This document shows positions 26,366 to 38,900 of a stretch of DNA of 64,000 bases, piece by piece. Every line of letters starts with the position of its first letter. The stretch's first letter is position 1. The position numbers and the translations under genes were made by a program. Under the pieces are notes generated by a model. It did no database searches, had not been told where the DNA came from, and saw nothing but the letters and a program-made list of their open reading frames with translations. The DNA comes from Amoebophrya sp. A120. Lineage: Eukaryota > Protista > Dinoflagellata. The stretch spans positions 9,021,222 to 9,085,221 of the forward strand of contig CAJINV010000005.1 of the NCBI GenBank assembly GCA_905178155.1, given 5' to 3'.

Positions 26366-26656
26366 TCAACATTGTGCATTATTTGCGCATTTTTCTTCAA
26401 TGCGCGCACTGCTTTTGCCTTCTGCACTTATCTTTTGCAGAATTTGCAAAAATCTTTCCTGTGTGTCATCAGCACCAGATCGTCATCGTATAAATCAACT
26501 TTAAATTCGCATCAACTTTTTTTGAGTATGAAAGAGCATCAACTTGTCTCGTAAACATCGTCAACTTATTCGCATCGTTACACAGCAGGATGTAGTCACC
26601 ACAACTTCCCATAGTTCGCCGTCGTACTAGTCCATCCGCATGAGAAGTTTTTTCCT

Positions 26657-29600
26657 TTACCTCTTCGCCGTCACCAGCCCCGCCGGCATTTCGCTGACCA
26701 CCCCAAGACTCCCGACCTGTTTCTCCAGTATGCATTGCAAAAGCATCGCACTAGTAGAAATCGCATTACAAATTCGGTCAGCATGACAAATGTAATTTGT
26801 TATGCTGTTTGACCTTGGGATGGAAGTTTGTAATGCATGATTGCGATTACTACGAGTACGATACTTTTGCACAGGATATCCAGCGGCTCCACCCCAATCT
26901 CCTCCACGGGCACCCCGAAGTCGACTAACCGTTTTTCGAACACATGGAGAGAATCGTTGTACTGCTTGGTCGCGAGGGCAATTTGGTACTCCAGGTCCTT
27001 GCACAGCGTGTTTTTCTGCAGCAACACAGATTCCAATTTCTGCGTTACATTCTGCACCACCATGGGGTCGAGTTTGGCGGACGCTAAAACTTCGGAAAGC
27101 TGGACCTGCTTCTGCTGGAATTCGTGCTGGAGAAGCTCGAGCTTGCGCTCCAGAACCTGACGGGGTTGTTTTTTACACGTGTTGAATGCATTCGCATTGC
27201 AAAGTGCGGAAATTTGACAGAAGTCTGTCATGCGTGAAATCAAGCAAAAGCTCGAGTTTGTCATGCGCGACATGCAAAATGAAGTAACACAACATATGCC
27301 AACTTCTATTATACAACGTTCTTGTATTCGCTCCTCTTCTTCACGTCTGCTACGCCCTTGGCAAATTCGTGGTAGAGCTCGTCCCTTTCCCTTTCCACTT
27401 TCGTGAATTTTTCGTTTGCCATCCTCCAATTGCCCCCTGCTTCCTTCAGCTCGTTTTCCAGCGATTGTGCTCGCGCGATCAAGTTCTTCAGGGCCAGTTT
27501 GTCTTTGCCGTAGCTGAAAGTAGGAGGTGATTTGTCATGCACAGTATACAACAGGGGCTACAGGAATTATAAAAGATGTTTCTCATGCGCGAAACACCAC
27601 AGGAATCATGTTTCTCATGCGCGAAACTACACTCACATCGCTAAATAAATAACTACGATTTCAGTTGCGACTGCAGCTCCTGCCTCATTTGCTCCTTCTG
27701 CTTCAGTATGCAGTGCAGAAGCATCGTACTCGTATAAATGCATCACAAATTTCCTCAGCATGAGAAATGACATTTGTAATGCTAAGCTGCCTTAAGAACA
27801 AGATTTGTAATACGTGACTGCAATACGAGTACGATACTTTTGCACAGGATATTCAGTGGCTCCGCAAGGTTTTGGTTTCCGAGTGTTAATGACTTCATTC
27901 TCTGAAGGTTGGTCCTCTCCTGGTCTTTCATTTCGGCGATCTCATCCTTCAAAGACTTTATGAGCTGCAGGTTGTCGTGAGTAATATCTGATAGAATTTC
28001 GATTTCCCGCTGTTGAAAAGTCAGAACAATGTCATGCAGAACTTCGCATCACAGACTCTGTTTCTCATGCGTGTAGTCCCCATGATGACATCAAAATATC
28101 TTCCTTCTGCTATACCGTTGTAGTAGCCCTTTATCTGGTCAAAGGCCTCCTGGTGGTTGAACAGCAGGTCGTTTTATCCTGAGTAAAAACGTCCCCACCT
28201 CAAGTTGCGAACTCTCTGTGCAACACAAATTCAGGACTTTTGGGAGCCACGCATGACAAGCTTTTTCTGCACGGTGGTGCAAGTTAGCAAGGACAGCCGC
28301 ATCACAGAGCCCTCTCCTTATCCTGTTCCCAGCATTACAAATTCTAAAACACGACGGGAAATTATGCCTCTCATAGGTAAATGCGCATTGAAAAGTGGTC
28401 CTGTAATGGCAAATCTGCATCACAACTAATGTGGCGTGGGAACGTTTTTTTCCTCAGGATACGTTTATGTGCTGGTTTTTCCTCTCTTCTATCTCGTGAA
28501 TTTCGCACTTTCGCTTCAATTCCAGGTCCCTCTGTAGCTCTTCTATCTGCTCCTCGTAGTTCTTCTCGAGTGTCCCGTGGTTCACCTCGAAGGTTTCTCG
28601 CAGCTTTTTCAGGTTTCCTGACAGAAATTAGCAGTTGGCTTGTTGAGTCAGTAATTTCATCCCGGCAGCCCTAAGGTGTACTTCTACAGCTACATCACAA
28701 GACGTCGAAAATTCAGCACTTAGAAAAGTTCAAAAAACCATCGCACAACACAACTTAGCTCTGTGAATCAAGACTTGCCATGCACTTCCGCTATGAGAGA
28801 TATCTCTTCCTTCCAACCGCTAAAATGGTGCTAACCTTGGACATCGAGAGGAAAAACTGATTATTTTGCTACTTGCCCAGACGAAAGTTTGTCATGCGGA
28901 TGAAAGGGAGCAGAGAAAGGGTTTGTCGAGCAGAAACTGCATAGAAAAACTATCAGCCAAACAAAAGATTCCGGTGGTTGCTTTGCCTCGCGCGTTGGAA
29001 CAACGACAGTGTGTAAAACCAACATCGGGAGAGAGAGCCATTGATTGCATCATAGTGAAAATTATACCTCGAATTCCTCATGCGCTAGGTCCCCTAGGTG
29101 GCGCGGCGGCCACACGAAACCACAATTTTACCCTGCACATGAACTACTTCTACACTACAAGTTGTATCAGCCAAACAAAAGATTCCGGTGGTGTTTGTGC
29201 CTCAGAAGAAAATCTACTGGTGTGCAGAAAATCATCCTCGGGAGAGAGAGCCATTGACTGCATCTTCATGATAGTTGTTCTTTGTCATGCGGGAAAGAAA
29301 AAGAGAAGAAATTTGTCGTGCACAAACAGAAACAAGCACTGCATAAAAATTATCAGCCAAACAAAAGATTCCGGTGGTGTTTGTGCCTCAGAAGAGAGTC
29401 TGCTGGTGTGCAGATAATCATCCTCGGGAGAGAGAGCCATTGATTGCATCATGATAGTAGACTGTCATGCAGAATATAAACGGGAGTGGGAAAGAAGATT
29501 TTGTCGTGCATCAAGAAGCTGCGGATACTGTCCGAAACTCGGTAAGGCGACCACTTTCATTCCAATTCGAAAGGGACTCCAGCTAGAATCGGTATTCGTG

Positions 29601-32600
29601 TTCCTCTCGGATTCCAATCCGCAACAGCATGACAAATTAGCTGTTGCAGTCTGATACTTCGGAGGAAAGGAAACTTGTCATGCAAGGTGGAATACAAGTG
29701 TAAAAACAACTTTTCAACATGCGGAAGAAACACGACCGTAGGAACAGCTTGTCAGGTGAGAAACAGGACGGTAAGACGGGACCATGGCGTGGCCTCGCTT
29801 CTATCGTGGGTGAGAGAGAACACCAGCAGTCCGGCCGGGATGAGATGAGAATGCTGGAGAGCGATAAAGAAGACTCAAGATCCGGAGATGCGCGACAAGG
29901 CAAGTAGGAGCCGAATTATAGGAAGGGAGGCAAGGGTGAGAGAGAGATGCAGAAAGCGGCGAGCAGCGAGCGGTTTCTTCAGCGGGGACTATGTTTTCCT
30001 CGGGTCAGCGGTCCCGGCGGAAGAATTGAAAAACCCCGACGGAAGGAGCGGAGAAAAGCGAACTTGTGTTGCAGAAGCTACAGCAGAACAAATTGTCAGA
30101 AACTCGGTAAGGTGACCACTTTCATCGGTACGCGATTTTGAAATCGCGATCGAAAGGGACTCCAGCTAGAATCTTGATTTTTTTTCCTCTCACATTCCAA
30201 TCTGCAACAGCATGGAAAATAATTTCTAGCCGCTACAGTCTGATACTTCGGAGGATGGGCGGGGGGAAAAAACTTGTCATGCGGCGATCGCTACGGAAGG
30301 GCTTTGTAGTTCCGCGTCGAAATGATCATGTTGCTCGGTCAAAATGCGGTGGCGATGCGGAAAACGAAAGCGCCCGGAAAACAAGCAAGCTGTGATGCGG
30401 AAAACTGCGTACAGGAAAAGCAATTTGTCATGCGGAAAGCGTAGACCAAATTGTCAGAAGCTCGGTAAGGTGACCACTTTCATCCGTACGCACCAGAAGG
30501 CACGAGCGAAAGGGACTCCAGCTAGAATCTTAAATTTCATTTCCCTCTCGCATTCCAATCCACAACAGCATGAGAAATCAGCTGTTGCAGTCTGATACTT
30601 CGGAGGGTTGATACAAGAGTCTTCCCATGCAGGGAATAGTCCAGGAAACCTTGTTGTAGTGCGACAAAAGGCAAAAATGCTTGCTTGTCTGTAACTCGGT
30701 AAGGCGACCACTCTCATCGGTACGCACCGGAAGGCACGATCGAGAGGGACTCCAGCTAGAAACAGATTTTTAGTTTCCCTCTTCTAACTCCAATCTGACG
30801 GGACACAGAAACCAGTCCAGCCAGTCTGATACGTCGGAGGATAAGATTAAGATCTTTTCGTTTGTTTCACATGCGACTTCATCATGCATAAAAGAACCAG
30901 TTTGTCATGCTTCTTCAGTCACGACACGTATTCAAAACCATTTTCGTGAATCAGTAGTGTTTTTAGGAATTGATTAGAGGTTGACTTCAGCGGTAAGAAA
31001 ACCTCAGTGGAAGGGCACCGGACATCTATGACCGGCGTGAGCATCATTGTATGGCTTTGACGTGGTCGCACTTCTGTATGACAAACAAGGTTCCAGATCC
31101 CGTTCTACGCATCACAGACTCTACTCAAGATCCACTTGTCAGACCGTTTTTTTTATCAAGGGCAATATGCATCACAAACTCTACTGCTGTCAGAAGGTTT
31201 TAAGGAATTGATTAGAGGTTGACTTCATCGGAATCTACCTCAGCGGAAGGGCACCAGGTAAAGAAAACCCGGTGTAAGCATCATGATAAGCAGCTTGGTT
31301 TTTGATTTATCTTTTTCTCAACCTTCTCGATGGCAATCTGCCTGGCAAGTCTTGATTCTGATTCTGAACTGATTTCGGTATGACACAAAAAATCGCTTAT
31401 ATATACTTTCAAACCCCACTTTCAGCATTCTCAGATCCTCCTGGTCCGCCAATTTTCTTGACTGTCCGTCCTGCTTCAGGCCGTCTTTTGCGGTATCTGT
31501 AATATGTGCGGATTTTGCGTAAAAAAAGTGGTTACTTGTCATGCGAAACTATACCGTGGATCTCCGGTGATTTGAGAACTGAGAATCTGTCGCTGCAAGT
31601 GCATCATGCGCGGCAGTAGTAAGCAGAGAAACCTTTATCAGAGTGAGCTGGGTTTACGGATTGGACTCATGGGCTCTCGCCTCATATGACCATCGTGAGA
31701 AACATCGCTTTTTCTCATCACATAAAGTCTCACGCTGTGCTGGCAAGACAGATCACTGACAAATTGTAACATTTGCAATAGAAATTATCAGAGTGAGCTG
31801 GGTTTACGGATTGGACTCATGGGCTCTCGCCTCATATGACCATCGTGAGAAACATCGCTTTTTCTCATCACATAGAATTTGTGCCGGTCTGGCAAGACAG
31901 ATCCAGGTCTACTTGTAACATTTGCAATAGAAATTGTCAGAGTGAGCTGGGTTTTACGATAATGGACTCAGAGGCTCTCGCCTCATATGACCATCGTGAG
32001 AAACTTCGCTTTTTCTCATCATGAGTACATCGGTTTTGAAAGATGCAGCGCAGCATCACATAACAAACGCAAATTCTTTTGAAAACAGTCGACACAAGCA
32101 AAAAACTCCTATACTCATTCCCGCTATCTTCGTTTTGTGGACCTCCTTTATCCCACGAAAAAAGTGTTACAGTTACACACTTGTTGAAGTTTCTGCATCA
32201 CAAAGTTGCTCGACATGGCAAAGAAAACCTGTGATGCACAGGCTATAAGGGAAAACATAGAATGACATGAAACTGGCAAGCATTTCGTGCATGACAAAGG
32301 TTGCCTGTCTAGCTTGTTTCGCACTACAATGTGTAACTGTAACACTTTTTTCTTCGCATATCCTTCTCCGCCGCTATACTCTCCTCCCCGTCCGCCACGA
32401 CTAGTCTTCGGTTGTTTTTGTGCTCGTATCCAAGTGAAAAAAGCCCCTACCCCATACTCAAAACACAATTTGTGTTGCTGGATTTGTGTACACAAATGAG
32501 CTCTGTATTGCAGCGAGAGCTTGTCGGCATATTCTAAGCCCATTCGGATGCGCATCCGGCTAGCAGCTGGGCATGAGCAACGAGGCTGCGATAGGCGAAA

Positions 32601-33472
32601 ACGCATGACAGACTGGCTACACAATGCGCCACATGGGTGCCGCTTGCCCTGTACGCAAGGCAGAGCTGATTTGTGGCCACGCATCAGCATCACAAGTTTC
32701 CTTTTCGATATGGGGAGGGGGGATTTTTCCTCACAATAGCTCGTATTCCAGGTTCAAAACCTTCTGCTCGTGCACCTTCAAGTGCGTCCTATGATCCCGT
32801 TCTATCATTTCCATTTTCGAGCACTTGTTTGCGATTTCGGACTCGCATTGCTTGACCTCGTGCTTAGTAATGTCGTAGAACCGGTGAACCTGATAAAGAG
32901 AACGATTCTTGGTAAAATTCACATTTTGCCCCATGCAAGAAGCCGTATGGTAGAGGCGATTTGTCATGCGGCATGCTCATTCAAACACAAAGTGGAACTG
33001 CGGTCGAAATTATTTCTGTTTTTATACCATGTCATTCTCCAGCTGCATGTAATTCCTTTCCTTTGCCACCTTGACTAGCCTGTACTGCAGGCCCTGAATC
33101 TTCTCTGTGAGCATTGGTATTGACAAATCCCTGACTTTATGCATTGCAAAAGTACCGCGCAAGTAGTGGGAATTGCATGGCAGATTCTACTGATAGAAGG
33201 AGCAACCAACTTTGCCATGCGGATTCAGGTTCACAAAGCACATCTGTCATGCGAGCTTGCAATGAACTACAATTACGGTGAAGCTTTAGAGCAGGATAAA
33301 ACTCCTCCGGTATCTCCTCCTCCGGTTCCTCCTCTTGCTTCTTCTTGCCTGATAATGGTTCGGAAATAATGATGAAGCCACTTTTGTCATGCGAAAAACA
33401 TATCCGCACGTTGATCGTTCATGCACGCACTGCATCACAACGACCTGCTCAATATCTACCTTTTTTCCCCAT
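26657..33472 (-). CDS. GAS8: Growth arrest-specific 8 / dynein regulatory complex subunit 4
   Basis: Exons FYDITKHEVK...HLKVHEQKVLNLEYE, ITHDNLQLIKSLKDEIAEMK, KVERERDELY...KNVV|LERKL and C-terminal PAGLV match GAS8/DRC4. Starts MGKK. Confidence 0.9.
26729..26878. mobile_element. Introner family D
   Basis: TIRs; DR tccag/tccag. Confidence 0.9.
27707..27851. mobile_element. Introner family D
   Basis: TIRs; DR ttcag/ttcag. Confidence 0.9.
28175..28461. mobile_element. Introner family B
   Basis: TIRs; DR cgttt/cgttt. Confidence 0.9.
28950..29456 (-). ncRNA. Three tandem box C/D snoRNAs (about 28950-29056, 29165-29272, 29350-29456), U100/snoR30-like
   Basis: ATGATG...CTGA ends. Guide GGCTCTCTC(TC)C is antisense to 18S GGAGAGGGAGCC. 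Inside a GAS8 intron. Confidence 0.65.
29526..30840 (-). ncRNA. Four tandem box H/ACA snoRNAs (about 29526-29665, 30091-30254, 30449-30607, 30683-30840)
   Basis: Two hairpins, an ANANNA hinge, and ACA 14 nt after the pocket TTACCG. Pockets match 18S CGGUAA-UU-CCAGCU and CCAA-UC-CUGAYAC. Confidence 0.65.
30948..31286 (-). ncRNA. Two box C/D snoRNAs (about 30948-31049, 31188-31286)
   Basis: ATGATG box C and CTGA boxes D'/D. Antisense elements match 18S AGGAAUUGA and GGAAGGGCACC. Confidence 0.7.
31636..32024 (-). ncRNA. Three tandem double-guide C/D snoRNAs (U29/snR71- and U35/snR73-type targets)
   Basis: TGATGA...CTGA. Guides AAACCCAGCTCAC and TCTCACGATGGTC are antisense to LSU GUGAGCUGGGUUU and GACCGUCGUGAGA. 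Confidence 0.85.
32149..32360. mobile_element. Introner, minor family
   Basis: GAAAAAAGTGTTACAGTTACACA TIR core; DR tcctt/tcctt. Confidence 0.85.
32427..32738. mobile_element. Introner family C
   Basis: TIRs; DR gctcg/gctcg. Confidence 0.9.
33138..33298. mobile_element. Degenerate D-like introner
   Basis: TAT...ATA; DR decayed (gactt/aaact), but removing element plus 5 nt gives an open frame. Confidence 0.7.
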
Positions 33473-34361
33473 CTTGGCTTACGATTGGCCGACGAGCCTC
33501 ACGAAGGTGGCTACGTAGCAGACGGCTGTTTTGATGATCAAGCGTCCGCGAAAAGACGCAAGACCTGCAGCTTGAGCGGTTTAGGAGTCGACGCTCCGAT
33601 GTGTGGCTCGGTTTCGGTATTAGTCGCGTGCTGCCGAAAGCCAATCCCGAAGAATCTGGGAGCTGCGATTGCGCCGTCTGAAACTCGCGGAGCCACTATC
33701 TCGTCCCTGCGCAACTGCAACTTCTGATTCCCGGAGAGCGGCAACACATGTTTTGGTCTACTTCGCAGGTGCTCGTGAGCTAGGTTCTGTGCAGTGAAAT
33801 GCTGTTAGACCCTCCTGAACGCACTTTCCGCTTTCTTCTACGAGATATGCTCTACTTTGTGCGGAGGATGTAGTAGAGAGGTTTCTGACTCGCATGATTA
33901 GCAAAGCAACTCCACAAGAGTACAAAGAATTCTCCCTATAGCTTCTGTACATTCACAACGCGATTTTGAGGTTGCACTCGCTGAAGAAACGGCTAACAAA
34001 AATGTCATCCTCTCTCGCATGAATTTTCGCAAAACGATCACGCTCTCTCTCGTCTCCCTCAAACTGGTCTTAAAATGCTGCATTTTGTCACGCACAAACG
34101 GAAACGAATGCATGATCGTATCGAGCGAACAGTCTATTATTTCCCTGCATCAAACGAAAAACACGAGCCTGAGCGCTGTGTCACAACCAAGTCGGCTTTT
34201 TTTTCGTCGGGGTTTGAAAAAGAAGTAAACTTACAAGTTGCGGATTGAAATCATGGCTTTGTCGGTTCTTTTACACTAGAGCTAAAATCTGCTTTACATT
34301 TCAGACAGAAACGCGTTTCACAGATTTCGCTTCGTTTTATCTCGTCTAAAACGCACCACAA

Positions 34362-34686
34362 TTACTCCGACTCGCGCTTCTTGTGCATACCTGATTTCAT
34401 TTAGAGTGATAGCTTGGTTTTGGTATGCGGAATTATCGGTTGATAAGCTGCAACTACTATTACGAACCTCTATAACACAAGAATCTGCATGAGAAAACCC
34501 AGGTCCATTACAGGTCTATGCAAGACAAAAAAAACCTATACCCATCTTGCAGTGACGCTGGTTGCGCAGGAACTTGGCGTCCATACCCTTGGTGGACATC
34601 TTCTTCGGGGTGCGGGTCTTCTTGATCCCGTTACGGTGGGCCTTGCGACCCTGGTTGTGGTTGGTGTGGTTCTTGGACTTGGCCAT
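34362..34686 (-). CDS. RPL29: 60S ribosomal protein L29 (eL29), 2 exons
   Basis: [23 protein letters not shown]...[17 protein letters not shown]|[12 protein letters not shown] intron 34391-34541. Confidence 0.95.
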
Positions 34687-35153
34687 TTTGTGAGTTCAAT
34701 CCTTCAACTAGGCTACTAACCCGTTTGAAGTCCCTGATAGAATGGTGGAAAAAATTAAGATACACAACGGAGAGAATGGAAGATGACAGTGGGAGTGACA
34801 CCGACACGACCAAGTCAGTGTGCATACGGATCAACTGATCACATTCCGTCTTTTCTAGAAAAATCAGGATCTCTTGCTTGATTTGGTGAAGAGGAACTTT
34901 GCGATGTAGTAGTTGCACTCAGTTTTTGCAGTGCTGGAGGTGGAACTTTCCCTTTCAGATCTTCGCAAAAGATTTTCGATCTTGTGATCTTGTGTCCCCT
35001 AAGCGACCTTTAGATTTTCTCACAGATCTTTAGATTTCGATGGAATACCATGCAGAGCTCGTTGATGTGGTGCTCAGTCATGATCATCATCTTCGACAAT
35101 TTTTACATCGAAATTGAAAGACTCCTAGCTTGTTTTCGAAGTTGAAAGGAAAT

Positions 35154-36122
35154 CATCAGCCAAATGCCTCGTAAAAGTTCATCAGAAGGCGCACACAGCG
35201 CGCACGTGAAAATCCGAAACCCAAGTAGCCAAAACCACAGAACGTGGAAATAGCTGGTAGAGAAAAGAAAATTCGCGCACCGCGTGCAAAAGTCTGACAT
35301 CTAATTAGTATGGATTGTGTAGTTTGGTCATCATAGCGGAGTTGTACTTTCTGTACTTTTTCATCATAGAGCATTGCCAAAACAGACAGCTCGAAGTAGT
35401 CGTGAAAAACTGTATGCAAGGCGACTGACGTCTGCTACTAGTGGGCCAGAAGAGAGCAAAACAAATCCAAAACGGACCTGCCACTCGAGAGAGCCAAGTA
35501 GAAACGCTAATTAAACCGCATAATGGATCTGTGTCGCCACGATACCAGAAAGTCGAGTGTTTTTATGAACTAAGTTTGAGAAAAACCTCGAGGCAAAGGG
35601 TGGCAGAATGAGCAGAACGGATCTTTTTCAACGTGTCTGAAGTAGATCTGCGGGATCATTTTGTCTCATGAAAACTACCAGCGAATTTTTCGAATTCCAT
35701 CAGACAAATGCCTCGTTTGTAGAATGTCGTCAAAGCGCCACTACACCCGTGCGATTCAAATCCCGCCTGACAAACAGGAAAACCCATCCCGAACGTTAGG
35801 CAAAAGTCAAAAAGCGCAAGTACAACGTAACTTCGGACATCTAATTAGTAATGGATTCGGTAAAAACAGTCATCCTTGTTGGGATCTTCGCGAGAGTCAC
35901 TTCTGGAAAAAGATAATTCATCTCTATGAAGAATTTCTACCGCACGAAAACTTTTTGATCCGCGTATGATGCAGCTGTTTACGCAAAATACAAACCATCA
36001 GACAAATGCCTCGATTTTCGTCATGACGTGTGGGCGCGAAAAGGAAAAAACGCAGAACGCGTCTTCTCCAAGTCGCTTGTTGAATGGTCCGACTCGTCAT
36101 CTAAAAATTTGTCTCATCACAA
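35154..36122 (-). ncRNA. Three U15/snR13/snR75-like C/D snoRNAs (about 35154-35336, 35698-35878, 35996-36122) upstream of RPL29
   Basis: D guide CGAGGCATTTG-N-CTGA, and D' guides antisense to LSU CUCGUCAUCUAAUUAG. Confidence 0.8.
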
Positions 36123-37168
36123 ATTGTGTATTTTTGCAGATCACGCATGAGAAACTTGATCTTTTCAATCGGATCGCGCCTGGCAAATTCACCATGAGCT
36201 GCCCTTGGATCTGTTGTTTCTACTACAGGATCGTTGTATTGGTACCGAAAAAAAGCCATGGCGTTACTTTGCTGCACACTAGCGATAGAGGAGATCCGTT
36301 TACAACTTCTTGAACTTACCACATTTGATCTTTCATCTCAAGGGCCGTCGACCTGTATGATCTCATTGCAAACTTGTGCAGTCCGGAGCTAGTACTTCAG
36401 ATTCCAACATTGGGAGAATCACAATTTATCTCAGGGCTTTTCCAGGCCAATCCTACTAGCTACCACTCAAAGATGAAAAAACAACTCCAAACACATTGCA
36501 TCCAGGCTTCTGCTTACGCAAACCAATTCCAACACAGCTGTAGTTGTTGTGGTGATTTTGTCAGACTGCTTCTCTCGAGAGAGAAATGTGTGAAAAGGTC
36601 GTCACTGAAAACGAAAAGCCGAATAGCCCCCACTGTGTTAGCGAAAGAACAGTGGCAAAAGCAAAACCGAGCTTCAGCACAAGTTCTTCTCTAGCACAAA
36701 GAAACTACTCGAGCGATTTCCGACTCTCAGCATCTACTATCCAGATTTACAATGCGCGTCATCATCTCGAACCTTTATTCTGTTTTCGGTTGGGTAAAGC
36801 TAAAGCAGGTCGAAGGAAGTAGTGGATGAACTGGGGAAAGAATAGATCTCGCCACACCTCAAACCAAGGTATCAGTAGAGGGAGTAGCAGAGATACTGTT
36901 TCCTACTTTTTGGGTTCCTTTGTTGGGGTAGTTCTGCAATTCAGAAAGAGGTATTGGTGGTTCCAGCGTGCGAATTTCGTGTGTGCGCCTTTTTTAAGTA
37001 CAGCACTGTGCTCGTCGTAGAACCATGTAGAGAGTGGCAGCTCAAGGTCGTTTTGTAACGACCATTTGCTAGTACTTGTGTCGCTGCAAAGGGGATACTG
37101 TTAAACAAAGGATCTGGCTGCGCAGCTGCCCCTCTACTTCCGCGCCACCAGAGAAATCAGTACAGCTC

Positions 37169-38900
37169 TTACCACAAAGAAATCGGTTGCACGGTCTGCA
37201 CTGTTGGTTTTCCCATCTGCGGCTTCCCACCGCCCTTGGTCGTGCCACCACCGCCCTTCGCCGTGCCAGCACTGTAGGCGTGGTCATCATGGCCGTAGCC
37301 CTCGTCGTGGCCGTAACCGTCATCGTGGCCGTAACCGTCATCGTGCTCGTAGCCGTCATCCTGGCCGTAGCCATCATCGTTCCCGTAGCCATCATCATGA
37401 CCGTAATCCTCGTCGTAAGCGTAGGGATCGGGCTTCCCGCCTCCTTTCTTCCCGCCTTTCCCTGCTTTCCCCTTTTTGCCGCCTTTTCCGCCCTTGCCAC
37501 CTTTCCCGCCCTTGCCACCCTTTCCTTTGCCACCCTTTCCTTTCCCGCCCTTGCCTTTCTTCCCACCCTTCCCGTGGTCATCGTAATGCCCGTAGTCATC
37601 CTCGTACCCGCCGTAGTGGTCCCCGTAGTACTCGTCAAATCCACCCCCATGCACTTGCCCGGCCCGGTAGTTCAGGTAATAAAACGCCAATCCGAACAGG
37701 ATGAGGATGTATCAAAAGTAAAAATGTCTGGGTCTGGGAACTTGTGATGCTGGGTGGCGTCTCATGCTAGGGTGCAAATGCTGACTCAGCATGAGAAGTT
37801 TCTCAGCTCCCAGGTGTTGCCTATTCTGCATGACAAACTGCGCTTTTGCATCACAGAAAAACGGGGCTCTTGGGTAACGTGCATGACAGATTTAAGAGTC
37901 ATGCCAGACAAGCATGACAAACATGAATTTTTCCAGACCCAGACATTTTTACAGTTGATAGGATGAAGAGCGCGACGACCACGTACACAGTCGTCCAATC
38001 TTCTTGCTCAGTCGTGGTCGTGGTGGAGACGAGAGTATGGAAGTGTAACACTACTGGTCCCGCTTTACAAAACAGCTTCCGCTCTAGCAATATGTCACTT
38101 CCTTTTTTTTGCCTAGAACAACGCGCTGCGCTTTTTGTCGCGCACAGGCTTGCTTGACAACCTTGACCTTGCCTTTTCCGAGCAGGCCTGCCGAATTTAA
38201 GTAGATTCGTCCTTGCTACAGGCCTACCGGCTGCACACTTGCTTTCTATATCCAGCTGGAGTTTATTTGTCTCCACCTTCGTGTACTATGCAAGGGCAGA
38301 TGAACAGCGGAGATCCATAAAAAAAAGTAGGACCGTGTGAAACACCCAGGATACGTGGCGCTCGACGCATCGCCAGTCGTCGTAGTAGTGGTCGTAGTAG
38401 TCGTACTCGGGCATGCACCATCGCAAGTAGTTGTCGTGGTAGTGCTGGTCGTCGTACTAGTGGTAGTAGTCGTACTAGTGGTCGTAGTAGTGGTCGTAGT
38501 AGTTGTGTCTTGAGCAGAAACAAGAAGAACCGCGTCCTCAGGCCCAGTATGCATTGCCAATATGTCTGGTTGTCTGGAGGTGGATTCCAAGACTCGTGGT
38601 CATCTTCCCTGTCTTTATACACCACTCAGGACTCTGTCGTGCGTAGGTGCAAAAAAATCGTCTTGTCGAGGGTATAAAACCGTAGTCTGCCAACATGCAA
38701 AATACGCAACACATAGCACCTCAAAAACTTGCCATGCTTGGCCACGTGCTGGTACAGTGCACGCATTATTCATCTCTGGCTTGCATCACAAGTGTCCCCG
38801 CCCAGACACATTTGCATTTGATACCAAATCTCCTGTCTCAGCACCGCCGACAGGACTAGCCAAGCGGCCCGCTGCATCATGTTTCGGTGGCGATTCGATC
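37169..38900 (-). CDS. Mucin-like single-pass membrane protein (poly-Thr ectodomain, G/K and GHDDGY repeat tail); 5' end uncertain
   Basis: Thr runs flank CDGACP. The hydrophobic helix VYVVVALFIL...ILFGLAFYYL is rejoined across the introner at 37710-37960. Confidence 0.7.
37710..37960. mobile_element. Introner family A
   Basis: TIRs; DR ggatg/ggatg. Confidence 0.9.
38548..38823. mobile_element. Introner family A, diverged
   Basis: TIRs; DR cccag/ccaaa. Confidence 0.8.

Noticed and set aside
28950-32024. CRISPR-like repeat-spacer array
   Set aside because: Units are 85-160 bp, carry snoRNA boxes and rRNA antisense guides, sit in eukaryotic introns, and there are no cas genes.
34955-35092. 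Additional C/D snoRNA (ATGATGA...CTGA, minus strand); also 36415-36470
   Set aside because: Boxes are present, but I recognise no target or second copy.
31636-36122. rRNA gene fragments on the plus strand (gtgagctgggttt, agccaaatgcctcgt, catctaattag)
   Set aside because: These are only 10-15 nt matches next to C/D boxes on the minus strand, so they are snoRNA guides.
37069-37747. Plus-strand hydrophobic ORF 37076-37747 and alternate-frame ORF 37069-37650
   Set aside because: They are shadows of the repetitive minus-strand exon.
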